Shown piece by piece: positions 32,153 to 42,417 of a DNA stretch of 64,000 bases (position 1 is its first letter; each line of letters starts with the position of its first letter). A program made the position numbers and the translations under genes. Below the pieces are notes generated by a model that ran no database searches, was not told where the DNA came from, and was given only the letters and a program-made list of their open reading frames with translations. Source of the stretch: Granulosicoccus sp. (GTDB taxonomy: Bacteria > Pseudomonadota > Gammaproteobacteria > Granulosicoccales > Granulosicoccaceae); NCBI GenBank assembly GCA_045110475.1, contig JBGCGC010000035.1:6203-70202 (forward strand), in the 5' to 3' direction.

Positions 32153-33961
32153 TCATGCTGCCCGAGGATTGCTCTCGCACAAAAGCTGCATGAAGTCGTG
32201 AGCAACAATTGGCTCACTCTTGTAGTAACCCTGATACTCTTCGCACGACAGACTTCGGATATAGTTCAGCTGTTCTATAGTCTCCACCCCTTCTGCTACC
32301 ACATCAAGGTTTAGCTCGTGTGCAAGCATGACAACTGCTTTGACGATAGGCGAGCGAGCGCCTTCCGCATTGATTTGCATAATAAAGGAGCGATCAATTT
32401 TTAATTGATCAATCGGAAATCGTTGAAGATAGCTCAACGATGAATAACCGGTTCCGAAATCATCTATGGAGATACGAACTCCCAATTTACGCAACAACGC
32501 CAATTGGCTGATGCTGGTTTCAACATTTTCCATAATCATGTTTTCAGTAAGCTCGATTGTAAGTGCCTCATTGGGCAGACCCGTTTTAGCCAGGGTTTGT
32601 CTGACAATTGAGATAAAATCTGCTTCATATAACTGCGCGATGGACACATTAACGGCTATTTTGAATTCCGGAAAACCGGAAGCACGTATGAGTGCTGTCT
32701 GTTCGCAGGCTTTTTCAAGCACCCACTGGCCAACTGATACAATCAATCCGCTTGACTCAGCAACCGGTATGAACTCAACTGGAGACAGGGGTCCAAGTTG
32801 CGCATGGTTCCAGCGTAAGAGAGCTTCGGCGCCTGTGACCACTCCCGACTTGACATCTACCTTGGGTTGATACGTCAAATACAATCCATCATCGACAATA
32901 ACGGTACGCAAGGCATTTTCGATATCCATTAGTCGCCGCGCGCCTATCACCATATCGACGCTGTAAAACGCAAACGGTATTGTCGAGTTATTACTCTGAT
33001 GGTGCATCGCTGTTTCAGCGTGATTGATCAATGCCTCTACGCCGTCAGAATGCTCCTCAAGCATTGATACGCCAATACCAATGTTTAGAAAGACATTTTG
33101 TGAATCTACGATAAAGGGTTCCTCAACTGACTTCAACAGCTCATCAAGAGATTCAAGCAGAAAGTTATCGTGGGCTGGCTCGGGCCCAGTTTCGACGAAC
33201 ACGCCAAACCGATCGCCACCCAGTCGCATAACCAGAGACTCACGAGTATCGGATTTGCCACGACTCCCCGAATTTGCTTCTGCTGTGGTGTCGAAGGCTG
33301 CACATAGACGTTGACTGAACGCCCACAGCACATCGTCGCCTCTGGCCGACCCATAGCTATCATTGATAGATTTGAATCGATGCAGATTGATAAGCACCAG
33401 AACACCACTTTCCAGAACCTTGGGAACCCGCTCCAGATGCTGTTGTATGTAGTCACCGAAATAGAGACGATTAGGCAAGTTGGTCAGGGAATCGACATGC
33501 ATCAACTGTTGCTCGTATGCTCGCGCAACCAGCGTATTGCGCATTCTTAGTGCGAGCTCACCTGCATGTACAGGTTTAGCAAGGAAATCAGTCGCACCCA
33601 GCTTCAAGGCACTGAATTTGGTATCAGCATTGTTCGATGAAGTCAGAACGATGACCGGCAATTGCTTGAGTTCGTCATCGTTTCGAATTTGCTGCAAAAT
33701 TTCCAGACCAGACACAACCGGCATGTTTAAATCGAGCAGCAGGACGTTAGGTTTCTCGCTTCGCAGGACGCTTAACGCTATGGTTGAATCACTGACAGTA
33801 ACGAAACGTTCGTATCCCTCAGCAGTCAGGTGTAACTGCAACACACGCATGTTGATAGGCTCATCATCAACCATCATGATTTTGGCATTACCCATCAGAC
33901 GCAAGGCATGATCATCCAGATCCAGGCTTATCTGCGTTGATATTTTTTGCTCGATATTCAT
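32153..33961 (-). CDS. REC-GGDEF(degenerate)-EAL response regulator, probable c-di-GMP phosphodiesterase
   Basis: VDD..LDLNMP..KP receiver; GGDRF instead of GG(D/E)EF; intact EALLRW, ELTE, DDFGTGYSS, AEGVE, QGY. Confidence 0.9.
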   Translation of the reverse strand: MNIEQKISTQISLDLDDHALRLMGNAKIMMVDDEPINMRVLQLHLTAEGYERFVTVSDSTIALSVLRSEKPNVLLLDLNMPVVSGLEILQQIRNDDELKQLPVIVLTSSNNADTKFSALKLGATDFLAKPVHAGELALRMRNTLVARAYEQQLMHVDSLTNLPNRLYFGDYIQQHLERVPKVLESGVLVLINLHRFKSINDSYGSARGDDVLWAFSQRLCAAFDTTAEANSGSRGKSDTRESLVMRLGGDRFGVFVETGPEPAHDNFLLESLDELLKSVEEPFIVDSQNVFLNIGIGVSMLEEHSDGVEALINHAETAMHHQSNNSTIPFAFYSVDMVIGARRLMDIENALRTVIVDDGLYLTYQPKVDVKSGVVTGAEALLRWNHAQLGPLSPVEFIPVAESSGLIVSVGQWVLEKACEQTALIRASGFPEFKIAVNVSIAQLYEADFISIVRQTLAKTGLPNEALTIELTENMIMENVETSISQLALLRKLGVRISIDDFGTGYSSLSYLQRFPIDQLKIDRSFIMQINAEGARSPIVKAVVMLAHELNLDVVAEGVETIEQLNYIRSLSCEEYQGYYKSEPIVAHDFMQLLCESNPRAA

Positions 33962-33976
33962 GAACGTTGCGGTACG

Positions 33977-36970
33977 CTAGTCTCCGGTATCAGAGACCGG
34001 GGGCGGTGTCATGGCCCAACCAGCAAATACGCGACTGTTGTAATGCTCTAGAGCCGATAGGTCGTCTTTCAACGACGGTAGTGATTGCTCAGCACTGTCC
34101 TGCATTTGACTGCACAATTGCGAATATTCAGCGTACCCGACATTACCTCCCGAGCCACGCATCCAATGTACGATTTCTGAAACTTTTTCCACATCGTTGG
34201 TATCGACCGCGATCCGCAAGGCTTGCATCTGTTCTTGCAATCGCTCCATGAAAAGTCCAACTACTTCATGAAACTCTGCGAATTCAACGGGTAGCGAGGA
34301 GAATACAGGATCGCTCGCCGGCGCGTCGGAATTGCCAGCATCGACTTCCAAAGCCTTCGTTTGCAGTTTCGCCAGACTCGGATCAGCAATGATCCTCCGC
34401 TGCATTACCTGGATAGCCCCGATCGCATCAGAGCAAGCGCTGACGTCCTTGTTTTCTGCCGCTGATTGCAAGTCCACACCCGGCTGTACCAGCGCCTCGA
34501 TACCTACGCTGGCAGAAGAACCTTTCAGCCAATGCCCAATGTCACTCAAGACAATCCAGTCCTGCGAAGCCACAGCATCTCCCAGCTCAAGCAATCGCTG
34601 ACCAAGCCGTTCTCGAAAGTCCTCGATAATGGGTATAAATCGCTCGTCTTCCACTGCAAGTGTGCTGATCAGGTCTCCCGTTACGTCTTTTTGATCGTTG
34701 GTCAGTAAGGGCACATTCAGCGTATGGACATCTGACGCAGACACTTGAGCTTGCTTTGCTACCGGTGGAGTTTCTTCAATACGATGTGAACCTCCCACTA
34801 GCTTGACAAGCAACGCACTCAGCTTGTCCATGTCAATGGGTTTGACCATATAGTGGGAAAAACCTGCGGCTAGTACGGCCTGCTCGAATCCTTTCATGGC
34901 ATTGGCGGTTAAAGCCACCACAGGTAACGTCGCTCCACGTTTACGCATAAGCTCTACAGCCTCGTACCCATCCATTACTGGCATCTGAATATCCATTAAC
35001 ACAAGATCGAACTCATCCGATACCTCAGTATCAAAAAGCGCATTAACCCCTTCGCGCCCATTATTAGCAAGCACCACATCCAGACCGAGATCTCCCAAGA
35101 CAATATTCAACAATTGCCGATTCTCTGCGCCATCGTCCACAACGAGAACTCTTGCCGGATTGATGTCCCATACGGTGCGCTTGTCCTCGACAAAATGGCT
35201 CAATGATTCCCTGATTATATCGGGAGGTAACAATTCGTATACATCTGTATTGAATGGCAATGTGATACGAAACGTGCTGCCTTGACCTTCAACACTTGTT
35301 ACGCTTAACTCGCCCTGCATGGCATGTGTCAGTTGCCGACTGATTGAAAGCCCCAGACCAGTACCACCGAAGCGTCGGGATATCGAGGTATCTGCCTGTG
35401 AAAAAGCATCAAATATTCTGGCTTGCTGATCAGGTGACATACCAATTCCGCTATCTTCAACGTCAATGAAAATCAAAGGCGTCGATGAACGATCGTCTTT
35501 TTCTCCGGTGGCAAGCTTTATAGTGACCTGTCCCTGCTCGGTAAACTTGATAGCGTTGCCTACAAGATTGATAATAATTTGTCGCAGTCTGGATGGATCA
35601 GCGATTATTTGTCGCGGTATCGCTGATAACAGCTCCAGCTCGAGACCAATAGCTTTTTCATCTGCCTTTGATTGCATGACTCGCATAACGTCATTGACAA
35701 TTTCAGCACAATCACAAGGTAGCTGTTCGATATCCATCGCACCAGACTCCACCTTGGATAAATCAAGGACATCATTAATCAGCTCCAGTAAATGCTGACC
35801 GCTTTTGGCGATAGTCGCCAGATACTGCTGCTTTTCGGATTCTGTCTGCTGAGTGCCACGGCGCATTACTTCAGTGAAACCGAGTATCGCAGTCATCGGA
35901 GTCCGAATCTCATGACTCATAGTGGACAGGAATGTACTTTTTGCATTGTTGGCCTGCTCTGCAACTTCCATCGATTCTCGCAAAAGCACTTCCTGCTCTT
36001 CCAACTGAGTTATGTCATCCATGCTAATCAATACCCCACCAACTTCATCATCTGCCGTGATAACTGGAGAACAGTTAACTATGAAAGTCTGCAGCTTACC
36101 TTCGACATTGGTGAAGTGAACCTTGTCATGCCTGGTAGCCTCAGCGTTATAAAGAGACTCTTGCCAGACATACGACTCGCTACCTTGCCATTGCAGGCCC
36201 TGGGCTGGTTGGCCTAGAAGCTCCTCGAGAGTATTGCCAGTCAACTCCAAAAAGGCTGCGTTAGCCAGGACGATGTCACCGCGAGTATCAAGCACCAGTA
36301 GTGCCCCTGCAATAGTATCCAGCGCTGATCGAACACGTGATGGAACCGCCGTTGAGGGGTTTAGTTCCTTTAGCACTTTGCCAAGAAAGAAATAGAACAC
36401 CGGAAAACACAAAAGACCGATAAACCCCATAACCGACCACGGGCTGTTTAGATACCTTTGATAAAACGGTAGATTCCTTGAGGATATAAATTGCACGGTC
36501 AATTCACCCCAGGGCCTGCTACGTTGCAACACTGGCACGCGTACATCGTCAGTGAAAAAATCCGTTGCAGATATATCTTCCAAATCGGAGTCGGGTGACC
36601 GAAACTGATATTCCCCTCCCGATCGACGCTTGAGCTTTATGGCATGGATATCCGGATTTTGATTGACGATAAATTCCAGCGAAAATCGTAGCCCAGCCAG
36701 CTCACCATTACGTAGCAGTGCAGAACCCAGAGTCGTAATCGACTCTGACAGGGCGATACGTGATTGCTGCTCGGCAATGCGACGATCGGGCACAAGACCG
36801 AGAAATATCGCCAGCATGGTTATACTGCCCACAAGTGACGTTAAGCCGACAACAATATGAAATCGCGCACTCATCCGCGAAAACGGAGATAAACTTGCGA
36901 TCATCTTTAGAAACGATGATTTTTCTGATGTGGCCTTTAACGACGATACATCGCTGGCTACCGCGCTCAC
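33977..36970 (-). CDS. Hybrid sensor histidine kinase (2 TM, PAS, HisKA, HATPase, REC, two Hpt)
   Basis: MSHEIRTPM, NLVGNAIKFT, GGTGLGL, MDIQMPVMDG; Hpt motifs GHWLKGSSASVG and VHWMRGSGGNVG. Confidence 0.92.
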   Translation of the reverse strand: MSAVASDVSSLKATSEKSSFLKMIASLSPFSRMSARFHIVVGLTSLVGSITMLAIFLGLVPDRRIAEQQSRIALSESITTLGSALLRNGELAGLRFSLEFIVNQNPDIHAIKLKRRSGGEYQFRSPDSDLEDISATDFFTDDVRVPVLQRSRPWGELTVQFISSRNLPFYQRYLNSPWSVMGFIGLLCFPVFYFFLGKVLKELNPSTAVPSRVRSALDTIAGALLVLDTRGDIVLANAAFLELTGNTLEELLGQPAQGLQWQGSESYVWQESLYNAEATRHDKVHFTNVEGKLQTFIVNCSPVITADDEVGGVLISMDDITQLEEQEVLLRESMEVAEQANNAKSTFLSTMSHEIRTPMTAILGFTEVMRRGTQQTESEKQQYLATIAKSGQHLLELINDVLDLSKVESGAMDIEQLPCDCAEIVNDVMRVMQSKADEKAIGLELELLSAIPRQIIADPSRLRQIIINLVGNAIKFTEQGQVTIKLATGEKDDRSSTPLIFIDVEDSGIGMSPDQQARIFDAFSQADTSISRRFGGTGLGLSISRQLTHAMQGELSVTSVEGQGSTFRITLPFNTDVYELLPPDIIRESLSHFVEDKRTVWDINPARVLVVDDGAENRQLLNIVLGDLGLDVVLANNGREGVNALFDTEVSDEFDLVLMDIQMPVMDGYEAVELMRKRGATLPVVALTANAMKGFEQAVLAAGFSHYMVKPIDMDKLSALLVKLVGGSHRIEETPPVAKQAQVSASDVHTLNVPLLTNDQKDVTGDLISTLAVEDERFIPIIEDFRERLGQRLLELGDAVASQDWIVLSDIGHWLKGSSASVGIEALVQPGVDLQSAAENKDVSACSDAIGAIQVMQRRIIADPSLAKLQTKALEVDAGNSDAPASDPVFSSLPVEFAEFHEVVGLFMERLQEQMQALRIAVDTNDVEKVSEIVHWMRGSGGNVGYAEYSQLCSQMQDSAEQSLPSLKDDLSALEHYNSRVFAGWAMTPPPVSDTGD

Positions 36971-37141
36971 GATGCTGAACCTAGCAGGACAACACTATCG
37001 TGATCAACGTCATGAAGTTTTCTGGCAAAGTAACGCTTTTGCATAGTGGTCAAGACAGTGTGTGTATGCCGCAGATTTTCATTTAAAAACCCTTATCTGT
37101 TATCAAGCCTGCGCAAGCTTAATGGATGCTGCCCGGATTTA

Positions 37142-37160
37142 TGCATAGACAATCTATGCA
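37142..37160. promoter_or_regulatory. Palindromic operator-like site upstream of the hybrid kinase
   Basis: TGCATAGA-CAA-TCTATGCA, perfect 8-bp arms. Confidence 0.35.
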
Positions 37161-37274
37161 AGTATGCCTCCCTGGCGATGTGCAACTATTTGCTAACATG
37201 TAAACCCTAAAGTAAAGGGTTCCATATGTTTTAAGTATATTTTCATACAAACGGTCAGAGTCAGTCGGCGCACC

Positions 37275-39377
37275 TCAGACGCTCAGATGCTTGAGCAACA
37301 TTTGTCTGGAAATTCGAATCCAGCGAGGCGCCAAAGGTTCATCAGGATGCTCCAGCGTTACGAATGCACGCGTACCCATCGGAACATAAAGCAGATCCTC
37401 TGGTGCACTATCAAGAACCAGCTCAAGATGGAAGACCTTCTCTGTTGTGCGGACACCCTCAGCGGATACATCCTGCTCGACATCAAATCCGTTCAACCCT
37501 GTATTTATCAATGCAGCACTGGGTAACTGATGACTGCCTGATGGTACCTGACGCGCTATGCGGGCTTGCAAACGTCTTGTCATATTGTGCGCAAGCCTGA
37601 CCTGAACACCTTGCACGCCTGTTTCGACGTCACCCAGTGCCACCTGATCCACTACGGCACGTACCACACGTTCGTCATCGTCAACCACATACGCCAACAA
37701 AGTCCCTTGTGACACATGCAAACCCGTAGCGACAGCCTTAATAGCCATGGCAACTCGTCCATCTAACGGTGCAAGCACTTGCAGTTTTTTCACCTGGCGC
37801 CTGGCGTTGTCAACCTCTGATTCTGCCTGTTGCAAAGCAATAGCTGCAGATGCCGCGCTGTTGGGGCTGTGTTGCAGGTATCTTGAAACTTCTAAGCGTG
37901 CAAGCCTCACTGCGGCTTGCTTCAGCTCAAGTTCATGCACCAGATCCAGCGATTCCAACATCATCAAAGGCTGGCCTTTTTTTACAATATCGCCGTTTTC
38001 GACAAGAATACGAACGAGCTGACCTGACTGTGCCGCATAGACTTCAGCTTGTTGATCAACCCAGACGACCCCTTGCGTACGAGTTGACGATGGCAGAGGA
38101 ACCGTCCATAAAAACAAGGAAATAAAAAGTACAAGAACACTTGTCACCGCCATTGCACGAGTACGCTGGTTCTTCAGGTCATCGGAGCCAAACAAAAACA
38201 TGAAAAACCGATAAAGCGGAAGAACACAGAGTGGAATCAACGAAAACAGTGAAAGCAGGACGCCAAGTTCGTGCAAGGTTGACACAAGATAAACACAAAT
38301 TATCGCTGTTATGAAAAACCGGTAAAATGTCGCAGCAATTCCGTAACTCAACAACCAACCCTTTTCACCTTGCGCCACAACTGGTGCATTGCTGGCTTCA
38401 ACAAGCAACACATAGCGTTTGAATAAATACCGGTAATAGGCCTGTGAGCGTCGCGCAAGACCCGGGCTATCCAGGGCATCTTCCAGCAGGTAATAGCCAT
38501 CAAATTTAAGCAATGGATTGGCGTTGAATAAAAGAATCGATACTGAACCCATAAGCGCGAGCGTAAATCCTATATTGGCGACAACACCCCCCGACAAATT
38601 GGCCCATAGAAGTATACCAATACTGGCCATGAACAAATCCATCATCATTCCAGCAGCAGTAACCAACATGCGCTGTTTGCGATGCAATGTCCATGCGTCA
38701 GTGACATCGACATACGGCATAGGAAAAAGCACGATAAAAGACAAACCTGCTTCTGGCACATGTCCACCCATGCGGCGTAACATCAGGCCGTGCGATAACT
38801 CATGAAAACACTTGGTCAACGGGTAAAGAAACACCGCATACCAGAACTGCGTTGGACTGATAGCGTTTTGCCAATGAGCTTTTATAGAGCCCCAGTAAAT
38901 CATGACGCAGTACAGAGCTATCGCAAGGACAACACAGAAAAAGGTAATGCACACCCTCATCGAAATAGCCGACGTCAGCTTGCACACATAATTCAACAAG
39001 GTGGTCGGATTAAACAAGGGAATACGCAACATCAATGGATTTAGGCGCGCAAGATATTTAGCGGCAAGCGTTTCACTATCGTTTACAAGCTGCTGCGAAT
39101 CCAGAACACCCAATCGTTGTAATTGAACGACCACAGCAAGCAGTTGTTGGTCGCCAAAGGTCGTTGCATGCATCTCAACCCATTGTTTCACACTCGTCTT
39201 GCCATCAAACTCAAGTATGTGCAACCACAGATCGTGATGGAGCCGAATATGCTCACCCGTGATAACGTTCTTGACAATTACCCAGTGTTCCCGCCGGATA
39301 ACAGTAGGTGTCACTGTACATTCACTCCGCAACTGTGGACGCTCTGCCAACATGGACTGCAGCCTCTGCTCAATCAC
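37275..39377 (-). CDS. Site-2 (M50) membrane metalloprotease fused to an N-terminal wHTH/PqqD-like domain and a C-terminal HlyD-type adaptor domain
   Basis: HELSH (HExxH), PYVDVTDAW, NANPLLKFDGYY, many TM helices; C-terminal lipoyl-like VENGDIVKKGQPL, coiled coil and APLDG. GTG 39377 overlaps the upstream stop (GTGA). Confidence 0.85.
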   Translation of the reverse strand: MIEQRLQSMLAERPQLRSECTVTPTVIRREHWVIVKNVITGEHIRLHHDLWLHILEFDGKTSVKQWVEMHATTFGDQQLLAVVVQLQRLGVLDSQQLVNDSETLAAKYLARLNPLMLRIPLFNPTTLLNYVCKLTSAISMRVCITFFCVVLAIALYCVMIYWGSIKAHWQNAISPTQFWYAVFLYPLTKCFHELSHGLMLRRMGGHVPEAGLSFIVLFPMPYVDVTDAWTLHRKQRMLVTAAGMMMDLFMASIGILLWANLSGGVVANIGFTLALMGSVSILLFNANPLLKFDGYYLLEDALDSPGLARRSQAYYRYLFKRYVLLVEASNAPVVAQGEKGWLLSYGIAATFYRFFITAIICVYLVSTLHELGVLLSLFSLIPLCVLPLYRFFMFLFGSDDLKNQRTRAMAVTSVLVLFISLFLWTVPLPSSTRTQGVVWVDQQAEVYAAQSGQLVRILVENGDIVKKGQPLMMLESLDLVHELELKQAAVRLARLEVSRYLQHSPNSAASAAIALQQAESEVDNARRQVKKLQVLAPLDGRVAMAIKAVATGLHVSQGTLLAYVVDDDERVVRAVVDQVALGDVETGVQGVQVRLAHNMTRRLQARIARQVPSGSHQLPSAALINTGLNGFDVEQDVSAEGVRTTEKVFHLELVLDSAPEDLLYVPMGTRAFVTLEHPDEPLAPRWIRISRQMLLKHLSV

Positions 39378-41302
39378 TTGAGAACGCCCAGTCGCCAGCC
39401 TAACCAGACAAGACGCGTCGTCGCACGTCTCAACCACTGCATCACTCTTGCTTGCCTGCCGACCAGAACTTTCCCAAGCCCCTGCATTCCCGGACGCATT
39501 GAAGCAGGTTGATCCAGAGCTGCATGTACCTGAACACTGTTGGTACCATCGGCGGCAACAGCAAGGGGCATAATGGCCGTAACCGTGCCTGACAATACGT
39601 TGGATGGATCTGCCGACATGCGAATACCTACAGACTGTCCGGACTTGACGTACTTGACATCGTATTCAGACACATCAAGAACCAATCGATGAGAACTGGT
39701 CGAGCCAAGAGTGAACAGTGCATCACCCGATGATACGGCGGCACCGAGAAAGTCATCCCAGCTGCCACTGAGTACTACTGCATCGACAGGGGCAACCAGA
39801 AGCATGCGGCCTCTCTGCAAGTCAAGCTGAGCCAATTCAGTCAGCAGACTGGAAGCCTCCTCCTTGAGTCGGGTCACCTCAATACGATCATGAACGGCCA
39901 GCGCCTTTGCGTAAGCCTGTTGAGTCTGCCTAATTTCACTCTCAAGCTTCTGCTGCTGGAGTTTCAGATCCAGATCGTCCAGCGAGGCCAGCACTTGACC
40001 TTTTTTTACACGGTCGCCCGCCTTTACGGAGACCGATTCTACGAACCCGTCAACGGGTGCAATAAGCACATGCCTTTCCGAGGCCTCGACACTCAGTGGC
40101 GCACTGATGCGATGTTCAGCTGGAACCAGCAGGAATAGCAGTAACAGGACACAGCAAGAGGTGATAAACACGGCACGCGGAAGGTGAGCGATCATGTTTT
40201 GATAACTATGAAAAGCCAGACGCTTGCAAGCCGCATTCACACCTTGTACTTTTGGATCCGATAGCACCAATAATGTCATCACCGACGTTAAACTTTGTTC
40301 AAGGTCCGCTTGTTCTGTTTTTCCATAAGCTTGAGCTGCAGATCGTTCGAACGAAACTGCGTACCACCGTCCAGAACAAAACACAGGCACTATCAGACGG
40401 GCACACGATTTACTGGCACTTGTTACAGGCGTTTGTGCAGTGACTGATGGTGCAACCTGTTGTTGATTTACCACAGGCAACGGTAGCGACTTGCCACAAT
40501 ACGCCTCTTCTACAGCGATGATCAGAGAATCAGATGCAGGCAATCTACCGTCTATTTTTTTTTGACCAGACAATGCAACAAGGTGGGCGCTGCGTATGTT
40601 GCCACCCCTGACACGTAGTGAAGCGATATGACATTGATCACTATCGGTAATCTCTACCAGCCGGTCCATTAACTGAGCGAACGTCGGCGCCAATGCTGTT
40701 GATCTGACAACTCTGGCAAGGGCCCACGGAATTAGCGGGTTATCCTGCCGAGCAGGTACCGCGCCGCCTGCTAAGCTGCCAAGCGATTCAAACGCCCATG
40801 ATACCAATCTGATTTGTGTCTGTGAGTCGAGGCTGGTAGCAGTTCGCCTGTCGATGAGTAATACATGTCTGGCTCCTTTACCGACACTGGCGATGTCTGG
40901 CAAGCACACGACACAATGGCTTGTTTGAGAGCCACTAACCGCACGTACCGCTGCGCCGCGTTCGGCACAGCGCACGGCACATCTGGAATAGGCACTACTC
41001 GCTGAAGACTCTAGTTCAGGCAGGCATGCCAGAGGTTTTATAAAACGCTGATTTTCAAGTGTGTCTACGCGATACAGTATTAAGGTATGAGCTTTCAGAA
41101 GGCTCTGTAACCAGACGAGCCACTTCCCATAGGGGCCTTTATTCACCGGTTTTTCGTCGCTTGAAGCGGACACCGAATCGCGTTTTCGGGCAATAATGGC
41201 AGACTGGGGATGCGCAGAGATTGACATTGACGTGATTGGCGCGGCAGCCATAGCAAGGCGAAGATTCCCATGTGCCGTGCAACTAGCAAGCCACACAGGC
41301 AA
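39374..41302 (-). CDS. HlyD/RND-type periplasmic adaptor with long N-terminal cytoplasmic (GAF-like) region
   Basis: A TM helix, then APVDGFVESVSVKAGDRVKKGQVLASLDD, coiled coil, APVDAVV, MRPGMQG. The GAF assignment is by analogy only. The start is probably 41251 or 41227. Confidence 0.8.
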   Translation of the reverse strand: MPVWLASCTAHGNLRLAMAAAPITSMSISAHPQSAIIARKRDSVSASSDEKPVNKGPYGKWLVWLQSLLKAHTLILYRVDTLENQRFIKPLACLPELESSASSAYSRCAVRCAERGAAVRAVSGSQTSHCVVCLPDIASVGKGARHVLLIDRRTATSLDSQTQIRLVSWAFESLGSLAGGAVPARQDNPLIPWALARVVRSTALAPTFAQLMDRLVEITDSDQCHIASLRVRGGNIRSAHLVALSGQKKIDGRLPASDSLIIAVEEAYCGKSLPLPVVNQQQVAPSVTAQTPVTSASKSCARLIVPVFCSGRWYAVSFERSAAQAYGKTEQADLEQSLTSVMTLLVLSDPKVQGVNAACKRLAFHSYQNMIAHLPRAVFITSCCVLLLLFLLVPAEHRISAPLSVEASERHVLIAPVDGFVESVSVKAGDRVKKGQVLASLDDLDLKLQQQKLESEIRQTQQAYAKALAVHDRIEVTRLKEEASSLLTELAQLDLQRGRMLLVAPVDAVVLSGSWDDFLGAAVSSGDALFTLGSTSSHRLVLDVSEYDVKYVKSGQSVGIRMSADPSNVLSGTVTAIMPLAVAADGTNSVQVHAALDQPASMRPGMQGLGKVLVGRQARVMQWLRRATTRLVWLGWRLGVLK

Positions 41303-41325
41303 TGCCAGATAAATCTCGTGATTGT

Positions 41326-42369
41326 CTACCGGATAACCGTATTCACACGCAACTCAAGTGCATCAAGCTCGCTTTGCTGACTGGGAGTCAGAGGCATGGA
41401 TCTAAGCGCCTGAATTGTGGCTCGTTGCACCCTCTTCGATTTAGTCTCACTCCTCAAGGTTGCAAAGAGCCGTTCGATGACAACCGGTGTATCGGTATCA
41501 TGTCCCAGTAACGAATACGCAGCAGACGCACGAACGTGTTCTGAATGGTCATTCAGTCCAGCCACCAGCGTGTCAGTGTATCGACCATCCTGACTCCAGC
41601 GCGAAAGGATATCAAGACTTATGCTGCGTACGCCTTCATCCTCATGACTTGTGAGCCAGGCAACCTGATCTGACAAATAGGCCCTGCTCTGCTCGTCGAC
41701 ATCGCCAGGACGCGCAAGAGCCGTTAAGGACTCAACCAGTATTCCGGGCTCAACCTCCGTTGCCAGCATACCCGACACAATATCGCGCGCCTCGGCGTTA
41801 CCCGGCTGAATTTCCTGCAAAAGCGTCATACCCAGACTGCGAGCATCATTATCGCCGGAAAAGATCAGCTCACTGGCTAACAGGATCATCTGCTCGCCAC
41901 CAACCTCACCCAGCACTCGTGCCATCTGAAGTTTCGTATCCTGATCAGTCTCCTGCCTGAATCTGTCGACAAGCTGCTGTAGAAGAGCGGGATGGGTTTT
42001 CAGTTGTCTGACAAGTAGCAGAAACTGCTCGTCGCTGAGTGGTTTATCCCAGACGGGTAGCTGCGTTACAAGCAATGCTGGCGAAGCGGTTGGTGCGTTC
42101 GTTGACGTGTTCGCCGCTGAGTCGCGGTCACTGGCAATGATAGAAGGCTCACTTTGCACCGGATCGCGTACCGCGAAGGGTGAAGAGATGTTTGCGGTGG
42201 CTTCATCAGTAACCGACGCTTTGTCAGTATTGACAATAACATCGTCTATCTGTGATGAGCCCTGATTGCCAGACATCCACCAAAGGGTGAATGTCGCGAC
42301 AATGGCAAGCAGCGCCAGAGCGACGGCTGGCTTCTTCACGATGGTTGATATTTGCGCTAGATCATTCAT
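41326..42369 (-). CDS. Membrane-anchored HEAT-repeat protein
   Basis: N-terminal TM helix, low-complexity linker, repeats such as HEDEGVRSISLDIL, DHSEHVRASAAYSL, KRVQRATIQAL. Confidence 0.75.
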   Translation of the reverse strand: MNDLAQISTIVKKPAVALALLAIVATFTLWWMSGNQGSSQIDDVIVNTDKASVTDEATANISSPFAVRDPVQSEPSIIASDRDSAANTSTNAPTASPALLVTQLPVWDKPLSDEQFLLLVRQLKTHPALLQQLVDRFRQETDQDTKLQMARVLGEVGGEQMILLASELIFSGDNDARSLGMTLLQEIQPGNAEARDIVSGMLATEVEPGILVESLTALARPGDVDEQSRAYLSDQVAWLTSHEDEGVRSISLDILSRWSQDGRYTDTLVAGLNDHSEHVRASAAYSLLGHDTDTPVVIERLFATLRSETKSKRVQRATIQALRSMPLTPSQQSELDALELRVNTVIR

Positions 42370-42373
42370 GCCA

Positions 42374-42403
42374 GCAGAGGCATCGTCTTCGCGATGCCTC
42401 TGC
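42374..42403. repeat. Perfect 12-bp intergenic hairpin
   Basis: GCAGAGGCATCG-TCTTCG-CGATGCCTCTGC; no U-tract. Confidence 0.8.
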
Positions 42404-42417
42404 GTGCTGTCGTCGAT

